64,000 bases of DNA, from positions 66,120 through 130,119 of IMG/VR virus record IMGVR_UViG_3300045988_182459; one strand, 5' to 3'. The notes below the pieces were generated by a model. It ran no database searches. It saw nothing but the letters and a program-made list of their open reading frames with translations, and was not told the DNA's origin. A program made the translations under genes and the position numbers. Positions 47,285-56,899 of the stretch are shown here, in pieces (within the stretch, counting starts at the first letter, position 1; each line of letters begins with the position of its first letter). Origin of the DNA: a virus.

Positions 47285-48616
47285 TTACGCTGCCTGTGTA
47301 CTGAGTTTTTTGAGCTCAGGATACAGAACTTTAAGCGTGGCAAGTGTAACTTGGATTCTACGCTCAACATCCGGAACATTAGCCGAAAACTGAGACCTTA
47401 CCATCGCTGGCAAGGGTTTTAGCAACTCTCTGACAAAGTAGCGAGCGCCAATATTGTAGCTCGCACTTAGGTCGCAGTTGTATTGTTTGCCGCTTGCAAA
47501 CGTTGCAAGGGCACGATTGGTTTCATCACGCTCAAGAGCACCACTGCCATCAAAGGCGAGTTTGCTTGTGCCCCAAGCGCAGATACGCGAAATCCGGATA
47601 CCGCAGCGGTGTGCCTTCTGTGTCACATAATCCTGTATGGAATTACGTTTCCACATTGTCAGCTTTTGTGCTTTACTGCCGCCGTGCTTTTTGCCTGTAA
47701 ATGACAAATGTTCAAAAACAATCACATCTACAGAATAAAGCACAGCAAATTCAGTAATCGCAGCAGCAACCTTTTTCGCTATATCGTTATTCAAGGCTTT
47801 GGCGTAACGCCACATAGCTACGGCGCTGTTGGAACCGTGCTCCCTTTGCTTACGCTTAATACGGTTGAGCACATGATACAGATGGTCTTTTTCACTTGCA
47901 AAATTGATAAATTTTCTTGCAATGACAGTTCCATCAACAGTCATGATGCTACACACAGCGTCAGTATTGAGGCCAAGGTCTACAGCGCAGATACGCCTAT
48001 CCTGAATTTTAGTATCGGAGAGTTTTACCTCTTCCTCGAAGGCAAAGCGTAGGAAATACTTCCCGTACTTCTTTTCGAGTGCAGGAGCACTCTTTTCGCA
48101 ATGTGACCAGTATTTCGTGATGTATTTGACATCGGTGGCACGCATTGCGATAGGAACCCAAACCCAATCGTTTTTACTGTACAGCTTTAAGTAGCACTGG
48201 TTGGGTTCGTTGCTTTCAGAAAACATAACGGTTTTATAGAAAGTTGGGAAACAGAATCTATCGCATTGGAGTTTTGGCTCATTGCCAACTTTGCCGTTAG
48301 CTTCCCAGTTCTTGTAGTTGCTACGGTAACTGCTTACAGAGCCGAGTGCTGCTTGAATAGCCGCTCTGCGCAGGTAACTAGGGAACTTATAAAACTTGGC
48401 ATCGAAATCATATTTAGCAGTGCTGTATTTTGTAGTATGAATTAACTTCTCGGCAAAACTCTTTCGAGATTTGGCACCCTCTACTTTTTGAATAGAATCC
48501 CATTCTTTGTTAAAACAACCAATCAAGAAAGAAACGGCTTCGCGATAAATCTTTATAGTATTGTCGAACATTTTCTGCTTTTTGATTTCCACAGCATAGC
48601 TGGAAGTGATTTTCAC
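47285..48616 (-). CDS. tnpB: TnpB-like (IS605 OrfB family) nuclease, paralog of 40217..41710
   Basis: ICAVDLGLNTDAV, VIVFEHLSFTGKK and NCDLSASYNIGARYF motifs. Confidence 0.8.
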   Translation of the reverse strand: MKITSSYAVEIKKQKMFDNTIKIYREAVSFLIGCFNKEWDSIQKVEGAKSRKSFAEKLIHTTKYSTAKYDFDAKFYKFPSYLRRAAIQAALGSVSSYRSNYKNWEANGKVGNEPKLQCDRFCFPTFYKTVMFSESNEPNQCYLKLYSKNDWVWVPIAMRATDVKYITKYWSHCEKSAPALEKKYGKYFLRFAFEEEVKLSDTKIQDRRICAVDLGLNTDAVCSIMTVDGTVIARKFINFASEKDHLYHVLNRIKRKQREHGSNSAVAMWRYAKALNNDIAKKVAAAITEFAVLYSVDVIVFEHLSFTGKKHGGSKAQKLTMWKRNSIQDYVTQKAHRCGIRISRICAWGTSKLAFDGSGALERDETNRALATFASGKQYNCDLSASYNIGARYFVRELLKPLPAMVRSQFSANVPDVERRIQVTLATLKVLYPELKKLSTQAA

Positions 48617-48634
48617 TGCGAAGCCCCCCTTTCA

Positions 48635-49054
48635 TCAGTTTCTTATTTTTTGAGATGCAATGTATTCTTGTACTTGTTTGCGCGTGTTATCACTGACGGT
48701 TGCAATAAAGTAGCTTGGGTTCCAAAGATGCCCGCCCCAAAGTTGCTTCTTCAAGTCCGGATTGGCGATAAAAATAGCTCTTGCACTGTTGCCTTTAAGC
48801 ACTTTTATCATATCCGGGATAAAATGCTGCGGTGAACACTCCACCAACAGGTGAATATGGTCAGGCATGCATTCCATTTCTACAATATTGATTTTTATGG
48901 TTTCGGCGGTCTGCTGCAGAGACTCTTTTAGCGATTGTTCTGTTTCGTTTATCAAAACTGGTTTTCTGTACTTTGTACACCACACAATATGATATTGAAT
49001 ATTGTAAACATAACCTCTACCATATGACAGGTTATTATTGACGAACATTTGCAT
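48635..49054 (-). CDS. tnpA: IS200/IS605 TnpA (Y1 HUH transposase)
   Basis: YHIVWCTKYRK ... HIHLLV ... Y motifs. 139 aa. Confidence 0.85.
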   Translation of the reverse strand: MQMFVNNNLSYGRGYVYNIQYHIVWCTKYRKPVLINETEQSLKESLQQTAETIKINIVEMECMPDHIHLLVECSPQHFIPDMIKVLKGNSARAIFIANPDLKKQLWGGHLWNPSYFIATVSDNTRKQVQEYIASQKIRN

Positions 49055-49127
49055 AATATCACCATAATTATTATACCATATGTGAGATTACAAATCAAGA
49101 GAAAAGTCGCCTAACTCATGACTGAAG

Positions 49128-50528
49128 TCACAAGCTTACGGCGGCTGACTCGTCAATTTTGGAGACGATTTTCTGCTGGACCCGCTTGTATGCTTCCTGA
49201 ACATTGGAAGCCGTGTAAAATACCGGAAACTTCATGATGTCGATTTCCTCCGGCAGACTCGCGTCATAGGCCGCATCAATGCCGCCTCGCAGCGCCGGAA
49301 CCGCGTCATGCAGCTCTTTCACAGAAGAAATGTATCCGGTAATGTACAGCTCATCGTTTTTGCTGTAATGCCCGATAAGTCCCACATAGAGGGTCTGCAT
49401 CAGCATCCGCTTGAAGCTGAACCAGCAAAGTCGAATAGGAAGAATGACGTTTGCGGCCGAACCTTCCGCGTGATAGTTGCTGGGTGCAGAGACCTTTTCC
49501 AGCAGAATCTGGCCGTTCTTGTCACCGTATTTTTCCTTGAAAAGAGCTTGAAGAATTTCAGTGGACGAAAGAGGAGTGGACATTGGAATCGTTTCATTCA
49601 GAAAAGAGAGGAATGCATCCACGTTGTCTTTCTGCCATGCGTCATCAGACATGCTTGCACGCTGCATAGAGAGCTTGTCTTTCCCGTCGTCAGGCAAGGG
49701 CTCATACCCACAGGCGATACGAAGCTCGTTCTCCGTGACAGCATCCGTTGCGCTTGCAATTTTCTTGAGGGTGTTTTCGGTCGGCTGAGCTTTTGCGTTG
49801 CCATTCACGAGGCTGCTGATATACCCACGAGTCAGTCCTGCCTGAAACGCAAACTTACCCTGTGTTCGGGTTCCGATGGCTTTTTTGACCAGCGATGCCA
49901 GCCTTTGAAAGTCGGGCTCTTTGGGAAAGGTGGCCTCCGTATCCTTATTGCTGTTCTTTTCAAGTACCGACTTGTCCCAACCGGTGACAAGAGAATACCC
50001 AATATCCTTCAAGGATTGGTAGGCAACCCCGTTCTGGTCAAGAGCCGGGGAGAATGTACCGCTGTTATCTTCCAGCTGCTCTACTGCCTCACGCACCATC
50101 CTTGCTTCGTTCATCAGGATGACGTCCGGGGCTTCAAGCCGGGCAAGACTCTTGTACCGACTATTGAGGCGCTCGACTCGTGCGGCCAATGCAGTGATGT
50201 TGGCAACTTGGCCCTTCGTTGCATGGGCAGAGATATCTGCACCAAGTTCAAAATGGTTCAGTGCAGGAATATCCACGCTTTTGCTCTTGGCGAATTCCAC
50301 AATGGCTTCCGCGCCATAGAAACGCTTCTCATGGGCTGCGACAACTTTCGTTATCGTGTCGGCCGAGTTGTCCAGCTCAAGCACTTCACCTTTTCCGGCA
50401 TCCTCGACATAACACCTGGCGTTGGTGAGAAAGCCTTTCAAAAAATCAGCATCCACATCCAGCTTCTTAGCGATGCCGGGCAGCTGCTTATAGAAAATCA
50501 CGGGTGTGGCGAGGTTAACAGAAATCAT
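49128..50528 (-). CDS. hypothetical protein with a central XRE-type HTH (candidate regulator), divergent from the tandem promoter units
   Basis: ...GKFAFQAGLTRGYISSLVNGNAKAQPTENTLKKIA... is HTH-like. 466 aa. Confidence 0.6.
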   Translation of the reverse strand: MISVNLATPVIFYKQLPGIAKKLDVDADFLKGFLTNARCYVEDAGKGEVLELDNSADTITKVVAAHEKRFYGAEAIVEFAKSKSVDIPALNHFELGADISAHATKGQVANITALAARVERLNSRYKSLARLEAPDVILMNEARMVREAVEQLEDNSGTFSPALDQNGVAYQSLKDIGYSLVTGWDKSVLEKNSNKDTEATFPKEPDFQRLASLVKKAIGTRTQGKFAFQAGLTRGYISSLVNGNAKAQPTENTLKKIASATDAVTENELRIACGYEPLPDDGKDKLSMQRASMSDDAWQKDNVDAFLSFLNETIPMSTPLSSTEILQALFKEKYGDKNGQILLEKVSAPSNYHAEGSAANVILPIRLCWFSFKRMLMQTLYVGLIGHYSKNDELYITGYISSVKELHDAVPALRGGIDAAYDASLPEEIDIMKFPVFYTASNVQEAYKRVQQKIVSKIDESAAVSL

Positions 50529-50765
50529 GGTGTACTCCTTTCAAATATGTCATTAGGTGTACAATGCTGTCATCTTCTGTAATTATAATAGCACATCCCG
50601 CACCAAAAAGCAAGCAAGAATTTACAATAAATGACAAGAAAATACACGAGATGACATATTTGAGTGTGACGGCTGATTTTTGAGTCTTTCCTGTTCAGCA
50701 GCGGAACAAGCCTTGTGCGTCTTGTCTATGCCATGACTTTGCCACTGTTTTGCCACAGTTTTGCC

Positions 50766-50793
50766 TTGTGCATCCGTGCAAATTGAATATTAT
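50766..50793 (+). promoter_or_regulatory. box promoter site 7: TTGTGC-16-TATTAT with GTGCAAAT in the spacer; TTTTGCC x3 upstream
   Basis: Read directly. First unit of the tandem duplication. Confidence 0.5.
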
Positions 50794-50817
50794 TGTAAAT
50801 ATAGGATGAATCAGTGT

Positions 50818-50856
50818 GAGCTGCAGAGATTAGGAATTCTGCGGCTCTTTCTTATG
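50818..50856 (+). ncRNA. hairpin transcript of tandem unit 1 (candidate small RNA or attenuator)
   Basis: GAGCTGCAGAG...CTGCGGCTC stem plus TTTCTT, about 25 nt after the -10. Duplicated at 51034-51066. Confidence 0.3.
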
Positions 50857-50981
50857 TGGCCCCTAAAAGTCGTGATAAATGCACGCGTGCGTTCTAAAAA
50901 TGTGTGCGTGCGTTTTTTGTGTATTTTCACGCATTTATCGCTCGTTATTTGTGTGGGGTAGTGTTTTGCCATAATTTTGCC

Positions 50982-51009
50982 TTGTGCATCCGTGCGAATT
51001 AAATATGAT
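50982..51009 (+). promoter_or_regulatory. box promoter site 8: TTGTGC-16-TATGAT with GTGCGAAT in the spacer
   Basis: Read directly. Second unit of the tandem duplication. Confidence 0.5.
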
Positions 51010-51076
51010 AAGAAATATAAGATAAATAAGTGTGAGCCGTAGAGATTGAGTTTCTGCGGCTCCTTTCTTTTGTGGT

Positions 51077-51114
51077 CCCCATGCGGATGAAAATGTCTGC
51101 GTGGGGTTTTTTTT
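51077..51114 (+). terminator. leader terminator directly upstream of the GIY-YIG gene
   Basis: CCCCATGC...GCGTGGGG followed by TTTTTTTT. Confidence 0.5.
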
Positions 51115-51118
51115 AATT

Positions 51119-51532
51119 ATGGAATACTTGTATAAGCAATATAACAACGAACCCGGGAAAGCTCCGACAGGAGAAAAATATATATACGTTATTACTGAAA
51201 TAGAAACAGGAAAAATGTATATAGGACAAACCAGTAATTTCCACGCTCGTATGCGTTCGCATAGAACCTGCAAGTGCAACCAACATAGCGCAATTGATAG
51301 AGCTATTCAAGAAAAAGGTGCGGACGCATTCCAATATGAGATTTTAGAGTTGTGTGCTGCTGATGACGCTGATAGCAGAGAACGATATTGGATAGAAAAA
51401 TCCGATTCTTGCAATGAACAAAAAGGTTTCAATACGTTTAAGGGCGGCCAAAAGAGTTTTTCAGATGAAAACTACTCTATGCTTGTAGAAATGCTTCAGC
51501 AACCCCAACATTATCGAACTTCTTGGCAATGA
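51119..51532 (+). CDS. GIY-YIG nuclease-domain protein
   Basis: KYIYVITEIETGKMYIGQTSNFHARMRSH is a GIY-YIG core. No SD. An alternative GTG start at 51101 lies inside the terminator. Confidence 0.6.
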   Translation: MEYLYKQYNNEPGKAPTGEKYIYVITEIETGKMYIGQTSNFHARMRSHRTCKCNQHSAIDRAIQEKGADAFQYEILELCAADDADSRERYWIEKSDSCNEQKGFNTFKGGQKSFSDENYSMLVEMLQQPQHYRTSWQ

Positions 51533-51551
51533 CCCGGAGTTGTACGTTAAT

Positions 51552-52238
51552 ATGACACCGGAAGGCCAAATGCTGCTCGACAACAAAGAGCTATTTTTGA
51601 CTCGCCGCATTGCCTATAGCTACGGCGGATTTGCGAACGACCAGCTCAGACGCCTGCAGATGGGCCTTCTTCGGAATGGGACCTCGCCAGAAGCATTTAA
51701 GAACAAATTTGAGAAGAGGAGCTTGGAACGGTCGATTGCCGGTTGGGGTAAGGATGACATTTTTGAAATCTCCATCAGCGAAGATGCGGATGAAGAAGGC
51801 AAACATCCGCTCCTGATTTCCGGCAATTTGAACGATTATCCGGTCACCTCTCTCAAGTCCCTGCTAAAGAGTCTGACTACGACCATCGACCAGTATGAGC
51901 AGCCGCAGCATCCGAAAGCACAAAAAGATGCTGCCCACATCAACAAACACGCGATGCACATTGTGCGGCTGTACTACACCGCGTTCGATATCCTGGAAAA
52001 GGGCGAAATCATCACTCGCCGGGACAAAGAGCGAGAAGAGCTGTTGGCGATTCGCAACGGCAAGTACCTGCGTGAAGACGGGTCGTATGCACCGGAATTC
52101 TTCGAGTTTGTTGATGCGCTTGAAAAGAGATTTCAGGATGATGCAAGGAAGACTGCACTTCCTGCGAAACCTGACTTTGGAAAAATTGAGGAGCTTCTGG
52201 TGGAAATCAACAAGGAATATTTGCGGCGTATCGTGTAA
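51552..52238 (+). CDS. hypothetical protein
   Basis: ORF with an alternative TTG start at 51540. Confidence 0.5.
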   Translation: MTPEGQMLLDNKELFLTRRIAYSYGGFANDQLRRLQMGLLRNGTSPEAFKNKFEKRSLERSIAGWGKDDIFEISISEDADEEGKHPLLISGNLNDYPVTSLKSLLKSLTTTIDQYEQPQHPKAQKDAAHINKHAMHIVRLYYTAFDILEKGEIITRRDKEREELLAIRNGKYLREDGSYAPEFFEFVDALEKRFQDDARKTALPAKPDFGKIEELLVEINKEYLRRIV

Positions 52239-52355
52239 AGCGGAACACCAACGACAACAACCATCAAGGTTGTACAAGATTATGCGCTCATCCGCAAAAT
52301 GCGGGTGGGCGTTCTTTTTTTGCAAAAAAACAAAAATAAAACATAGCAAAAAACC

Positions 52356-52383
52356 TTGCACATCTGTGCGAATCGGATATAAT
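52356..52383 (+). promoter_or_regulatory. box promoter site 9: TTGCAC-16-TATAAT with GTGCGAAT in the spacer
   Basis: Read directly. Confidence 0.55.
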
Positions 52384-52406
52384 AACCCTAATAAGATAAG
52401 AATTGT

Positions 52407-52452
52407 GCCCTGGCGGTTTCTGGATTGGATGCTGCCGGGGCTTTTTGTTTTT
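52407..52452 (+). terminator. leader terminator with a CTTTTTGTTTTTC tail
   Basis: GCCCTGGCGG...CTGCCGGGGC stem (two G-U pairs) plus a T-run. Lies between the promoter and the RBS of the helicase gene. Confidence 0.5.
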
Positions 52453-52461
52453 CAAGGAGAT

Positions 52462-55188
52462 ATGGCTATGACACTGAACGACTTGTCAAGCGAACAGCAG
52501 AAGTTCGTACATTTGGCACTGTCGGGCAAGAACGTATTGTGTGACGCCTGCATTGGCAGCGGAAAAACATCTACCATCAATGTGCTCTGTGATGCGTACC
52601 CGCCAGAACGGCGTATTTTGTACTTGACCTATAACCGACTGCTCAAACTGGATGCCAAAGACAAAATCAAGAATGGCAATGTCCTGGTTCAGAACTATCA
52701 CGGATTTGCAAGCCTGCTGCTGAACAAGAAAGGAATCCGGAATTGTGGGCAGGGCGAGCAGCTTGCCATGGTACTAGAAAAGAAGATTCCGATTCCACCG
52801 ATTGATACTCTTATCATTGACGAATATCAGGATATCAATGACGAGATTGCGGAACTGCTCAAATATATCCGCTCTCAGAACCCGGGCCTTCAAATCGTTG
52901 CTGTGGGCGATATGAAGCAAAAAATCTACGATGATACGGCACTGGATGTCTGGGAGTTCATGCAGGATTTCCTCGGCCGCCATGAACAGGTTGTTTTCAC
53001 AAAATGTTTCCGTATTTCCCATGACTTGGCGGAACGGCTCGGCAATATCTGGGGCAAGACCATCAACGGCGTAAATGGTTCCTGCATTGTGGAGCAGATG
53101 TCGGTCGATGAGGTGACGGAGTTCCTGAACAAGCAAAACCCGAAAGATGTTTTGTGCCTGGGCGCTCGAATCGGGGCTATGACGAAGGTTCTCAATGACC
53201 TGGAAAATCGCCCCGGAAACCTTTACGACAAGCATCATGTCTATGCAAGTATCGCGGACAATGACGGAGACAAGGCGGTAGCACCTTCCTCAGATGTCGG
53301 CATCTTCACGACTTTTGACGGCAGCAAAGGTATGGAGCGACCTATCTGTGTCGTGTTCGATTTCACGGAAGAATACTGGTCGTCCCGCACAAACAAGCCG
53401 ATGTCGCGATACGAGATTCTTCGAAATCTGTTTTGTGTTGCAGCAAGCCGAGGAAAACAGCGGATTATCTTCGTAAACTATGACCATCCGTTAAGCGATA
53501 AATCCCTGATGACTCCAACTGGGATGAATTGCGTGTTCCGGCATCCGTTTTCGTTCTCCGAGATGTTCGACCACAAATTCATCGAAGATGTGGATGCCTG
53601 CTATAAGCTGCTGGAAGTCACACCGATTGAGCACAACGACAATACGACCATCGATGTGCAGGCAGCGGATGCCATGATTGACTTGTCTCCCTGCATCAGC
53701 ATCTATATGCAGGCAGGGTTCTTCAACTCCTACGACATTGATGACGCACTTGCATATTATATGGACCTGCATGATGATATGCAGTATTTGAAAATCAAGA
53801 AGGGGGCAACGGTCGAGGATAAGGTTCTGCTGCTCACGGCGCTTGAAACGAATCAGTGCCGGTATGTAAAACAGGTCAAGCCTCCTTTTGTGAACGCAAA
53901 AGCCAAAATGTCGCTCAGTATGCGGCTTGGCACCGTGTTCACTCCCGATGAGTATGTTCAGGCACGCGGAGATATCGACATCCATACTAATGACCATAAA
54001 GTAATTTATACTTCGGGCCTTGCGGATGTCGTAAAGAACAACACCGTCTACTGCATCAAGTTCATCAGCAGTCTGGCACACAAGCATTTTCTGCAGTGTG
54101 CGTGTTCTATGATTGCGCTGGGTCTTCCATATGGCGTTGTCTGGAACGTCAAAAGCAACCTGATGTACAGCGTAAAAATCAAGGATAAGGACGCTCTGAT
54201 TGACGCAATCCTCAAGTGCATCACGAAACGAGCTTACAACGGCGCGGATTATTACACCTGCCGAAAAGGCTTTGTACAGGATACGGCATCGATTATCGAC
54301 CGCTGGACTGACGACGGATATGCGGAAGAACCCATCGCCATCACTTCCGGCGACGGTATCGCCATCATCAAGCAGGGAACTCGCTATTTTGTGATGGACG
54401 GGGCACGCCGAAACACTCTGAACGATAATTTAGGGCTTGGTTTTGCCGATGTAAAAGATGCCTGTCTTGCATATGCAAAAAGCTGTGAACTACAGAAAGC
54501 CGTGGACCGTGATTCTCCTTATTCCGAAGTTGAGTTTTGGCTCGACCAGAACAAGGCATTTGAGGAATACATGACGCAGGCGAGCCATGAAATCGAACAG
54601 CACGAAGAAGGACCGTATGCCAAATACAAGTCTTTCGCTGCGCCTGTCGTCCGAAAGATGCTGGCGGAAAAGGGACTGACCATCACGTTCCCGGAAAAAG
54701 CCCTCATCAAGGTTTGGAAGATGCGCCGCGCCGAAGATGCCATGTATCAGAAAATCGAGGAAGCAAAGAAGCAGAACAATTCTAATGTACCGCTTGATGA
54801 AGCGTTCTTTGATTCTGAACTGGTGGATTCCGTCGAGGGAAATACCGAAAGCGCTAAGGCAAAAACCAAACCCAAAAAGGAATCGGCACTGCCGTTTTCC
54901 AAGTACGGTGCAGATGAAAAGAAGAGTTACCGTGTCGTGAAGAGTCCTGAACTTTCAAAGCCCAATCAGCCGCGCTATGTTGTGGTCGAGACGGCTACCG
55001 ATAAGGTCCTGGACAACGCAAACGGATACGGATACCTCTCCTATCAGGCTGCCTGGAAAGGGTATTCGTACAAGAGCAAGCATCATCTGGATGGGGCAAA
55101 GAAGCCTATGAGCAAGAGCGCAAAAGAACGGGCTAAGAAAAAGGCAGCTTTCTTCTCGACCGATTCGGAACAGCTCAGTTTCGGCTGA
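52462..55188 (+). CDS. UvrD/PcrA-like SF1 helicase
   Basis: RBS CAAGGAGAT. Walker A DACIGSGKTSTI. DEYQDIN (DExQD). About 908 aa. The upstream in-frame extension to 51895 is rejected. Confidence 0.8.
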   Translation: MAMTLNDLSSEQQKFVHLALSGKNVLCDACIGSGKTSTINVLCDAYPPERRILYLTYNRLLKLDAKDKIKNGNVLVQNYHGFASLLLNKKGIRNCGQGEQLAMVLEKKIPIPPIDTLIIDEYQDINDEIAELLKYIRSQNPGLQIVAVGDMKQKIYDDTALDVWEFMQDFLGRHEQVVFTKCFRISHDLAERLGNIWGKTINGVNGSCIVEQMSVDEVTEFLNKQNPKDVLCLGARIGAMTKVLNDLENRPGNLYDKHHVYASIADNDGDKAVAPSSDVGIFTTFDGSKGMERPICVVFDFTEEYWSSRTNKPMSRYEILRNLFCVAASRGKQRIIFVNYDHPLSDKSLMTPTGMNCVFRHPFSFSEMFDHKFIEDVDACYKLLEVTPIEHNDNTTIDVQAADAMIDLSPCISIYMQAGFFNSYDIDDALAYYMDLHDDMQYLKIKKGATVEDKVLLLTALETNQCRYVKQVKPPFVNAKAKMSLSMRLGTVFTPDEYVQARGDIDIHTNDHKVIYTSGLADVVKNNTVYCIKFISSLAHKHFLQCACSMIALGLPYGVVWNVKSNLMYSVKIKDKDALIDAILKCITKRAYNGADYYTCRKGFVQDTASIIDRWTDDGYAEEPIAITSGDGIAIIKQGTRYFVMDGARRNTLNDNLGLGFADVKDACLAYAKSCELQKAVDRDSPYSEVEFWLDQNKAFEEYMTQASHEIEQHEEGPYAKYKSFAAPVVRKMLAEKGLTITFPEKALIKVWKMRRAEDAMYQKIEEAKKQNNSNVPLDEAFFDSELVDSVEGNTESAKAKTKPKKESALPFSKYGADEKKSYRVVKSPELSKPNQPRYVVVETATDKVLDNANGYGYLSYQAAWKGYSYKSKHHLDGAKKPMSKSAKERAKKKAAFFSTDSEQLSFG

Positions 55189-55342
55189 TTATTACTGCCG
55201 ATGAGAGGAGGTGTATCAAGCGCAGCTTCAGGACGTTGCACGTTGTTTTCCAACACAAATAAAATCACAAATCGGAAAATCCTTCTGAATATCACATAAC
55301 AAATATCAGACATATGCCCACATAGGCAGAAAGGAATTACAG

Positions 55343-56209
55343 ATGGGACGCTATAATTTTAATCAGAGGACTCGGGACGGCTACGAAATCTCGCCCGAAC
55401 AGGCGGCAAGATGGCTTGAAAGAAACGACAATAATCGAAACGTCAACGTCGCTAAAGTCAAAAAGATGGCAAAGGACATGAGAGAAGGGCATTGGGATAC
55501 AACGCATCAGGGTATTGCCATCGCCTCCGATGGTACGCTGGTCGATGGACAGCACCGGCTGCTTGCTATCGTTGAATCCGGTGTGACCGTGCGTATGAAC
55601 GTGACCTTTAATGCCGCCAAGTCTCAGCACATCGATTCCGGAAACATCCGCTCCATGGCAAATCGCGTGCAGATGTCTGAGTACGATATGAGCTGGACAA
55701 ACAATACGATTCTCTCCGCAGCAAATCTCATTGGCCGCGTATTCACGGGTTCCAACCTCAGTCACGAGGAAGCCTTGAGTGAATGGCTGATGAAATACCG
55801 CACGCAAATCGAATCTGCCACCAAATGCATCAAGAAGGCTACGCTGCCGGGACTCAATTCTGCAGGCACAACAGCCGCTATCATTGTAGCCGCCATGAAC
55901 GATGTCCCCGCCATCTACATTGAGAAATTCATGGACGTGTTCTATTCTGGATTCACCAACAACGAAGCCGAGCATTATGCTATCACGCTGCGGGACGAAC
56001 TGCTGCGCGAAAACCGTGTCAAGCGCGGCACACAGTATGCAAGGTTTGCCTTTTTCCGTACTGCCAATCGCCTGAACCAGTATTACAAGACTGCCACCGG
56101 GCAGCGGGTTGCCAAGCGTGTCAACAATGGGGATTTTCCGTACAACGTCTATGACGCAAACGGCGGAATCGTAAAGCCCGAAACCAAGAAAACCAAGAAG
56201 GCTGTGTAA
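55343..56209 (+). CDS. ParB/Srx-like nuclease-domain protein
   Basis: ...NVAKVKKMAKDMREGHWD...IAIASDGTLVDGQHRLLAI resembles the ParB N-terminal domain. Confidence 0.45.
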   Translation: MGRYNFNQRTRDGYEISPEQAARWLERNDNNRNVNVAKVKKMAKDMREGHWDTTHQGIAIASDGTLVDGQHRLLAIVESGVTVRMNVTFNAAKSQHIDSGNIRSMANRVQMSEYDMSWTNNTILSAANLIGRVFTGSNLSHEEALSEWLMKYRTQIESATKCIKKATLPGLNSAGTTAAIIVAAMNDVPAIYIEKFMDVFYSGFTNNEAEHYAITLRDELLRENRVKRGTQYARFAFFRTANRLNQYYKTATGQRVAKRVNNGDFPYNVYDANGGIVKPETKKTKKAV

Positions 56210-56319
56210 TTTCAAAATGGCTTGAATCTTTGAGGTTGTATATATGTTGCAAAGTTCAGATACAACCCCAAAAATTCCGATAAATCGCATAAAAGATTGT
56301 TGCAAGGAGGACAAAAACC

Positions 56320-56595
56320 ATGAATAAGTTTGAAGCAAGGAGCACGCTGGGGAGCGAGGCTGTCCCGGTTTTCGACGATGACGGTGAGCTCACAGAATGG
56401 CTGCACCGGGACAACTATACTGTCGAGGAATTGGAACTGATGAACTTTGTCGGCAATGAAAAGCCCGTCATCAAAAAGGACGGTGTGAAAATCATCCGGG
56501 ATGGCACGGTCATTCGGAGAACCAACACTGAAACAAGAAAAACTGAATTTCTGTTCATTCCGCGCATTGTCGTCGATGAGCAGAAAACCGTGTGA
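56320..56595 (+). CDS. small hypothetical protein
   Basis: RBS AAGGAGGACAAAAACC before ATG. Confidence 0.5.
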   Translation: MNKFEARSTLGSEAVPVFDDDGELTEWLHRDNYTVEELELMNFVGNEKPVIKKDGVKIIRDGTVIRRTNTETRKTEFLFIPRIVVDEQKTV

Positions 56596-56885
56596 GGTGC
56601 AGCGTGGTAAAAATTTACGGGTCGAGTGATGACCTTGTCTGCCTGGATAATTCCAACTATGGGGTCGATGAAATTGGTTGCTTCGATGTCAAGGGAGTTC
56701 GGCTATTTCTGGACGACGACACCATTTTGGTAGTGCGCTATACGAACGGTATCTGGCGCATCGAAATCGAGCGAAAAGGCACGGCACCGTATCAACGCAC
56801 GGTTTGTCCTGGCGATGATGAGGACGATTATAGCGATGTGTTTTGTACGGAGTCCGATATCATCGCACATGAAATCATTCGATAA
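56592..56885 (+). CDS. small hypothetical protein
   Basis: Start overlaps the upstream stop (GTGA). Confidence 0.45.
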   Translation: MRCSVVKIYGSSDDLVCLDNSNYGVDEIGCFDVKGVRLFLDDDTILVVRYTNGIWRIEIERKGTAPYQRTVCPGDDEDDYSDVFCTESDIIAHEIIR

Positions 56886-56899
56886 GGATTGGAGTAGCC

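Larger units (their letters stand above)
47160..49135 (-). mobile_element. complete IS200/IS605-family insertion sequence (tnpA plus tnpB-like)
   Basis: Y1 HUH TnpA and TnpB-like gene in tandem. Left-end promoter TTGATT-17-TGGTATAAT on the minus strand at about 49085-49120. Boundaries are approximate. Confidence 0.7.

Noticed and set aside
51895-52461. N-terminal 190-codon extension of the UvrD-like helicase ORF starting at 51895
   Set aside because: It overlaps the upstream gene in another frame and spans the box promoter and leader terminator. The RBS-proximal ATG at 52462 begins exactly at the Walker-A-containing helicase N-terminus.
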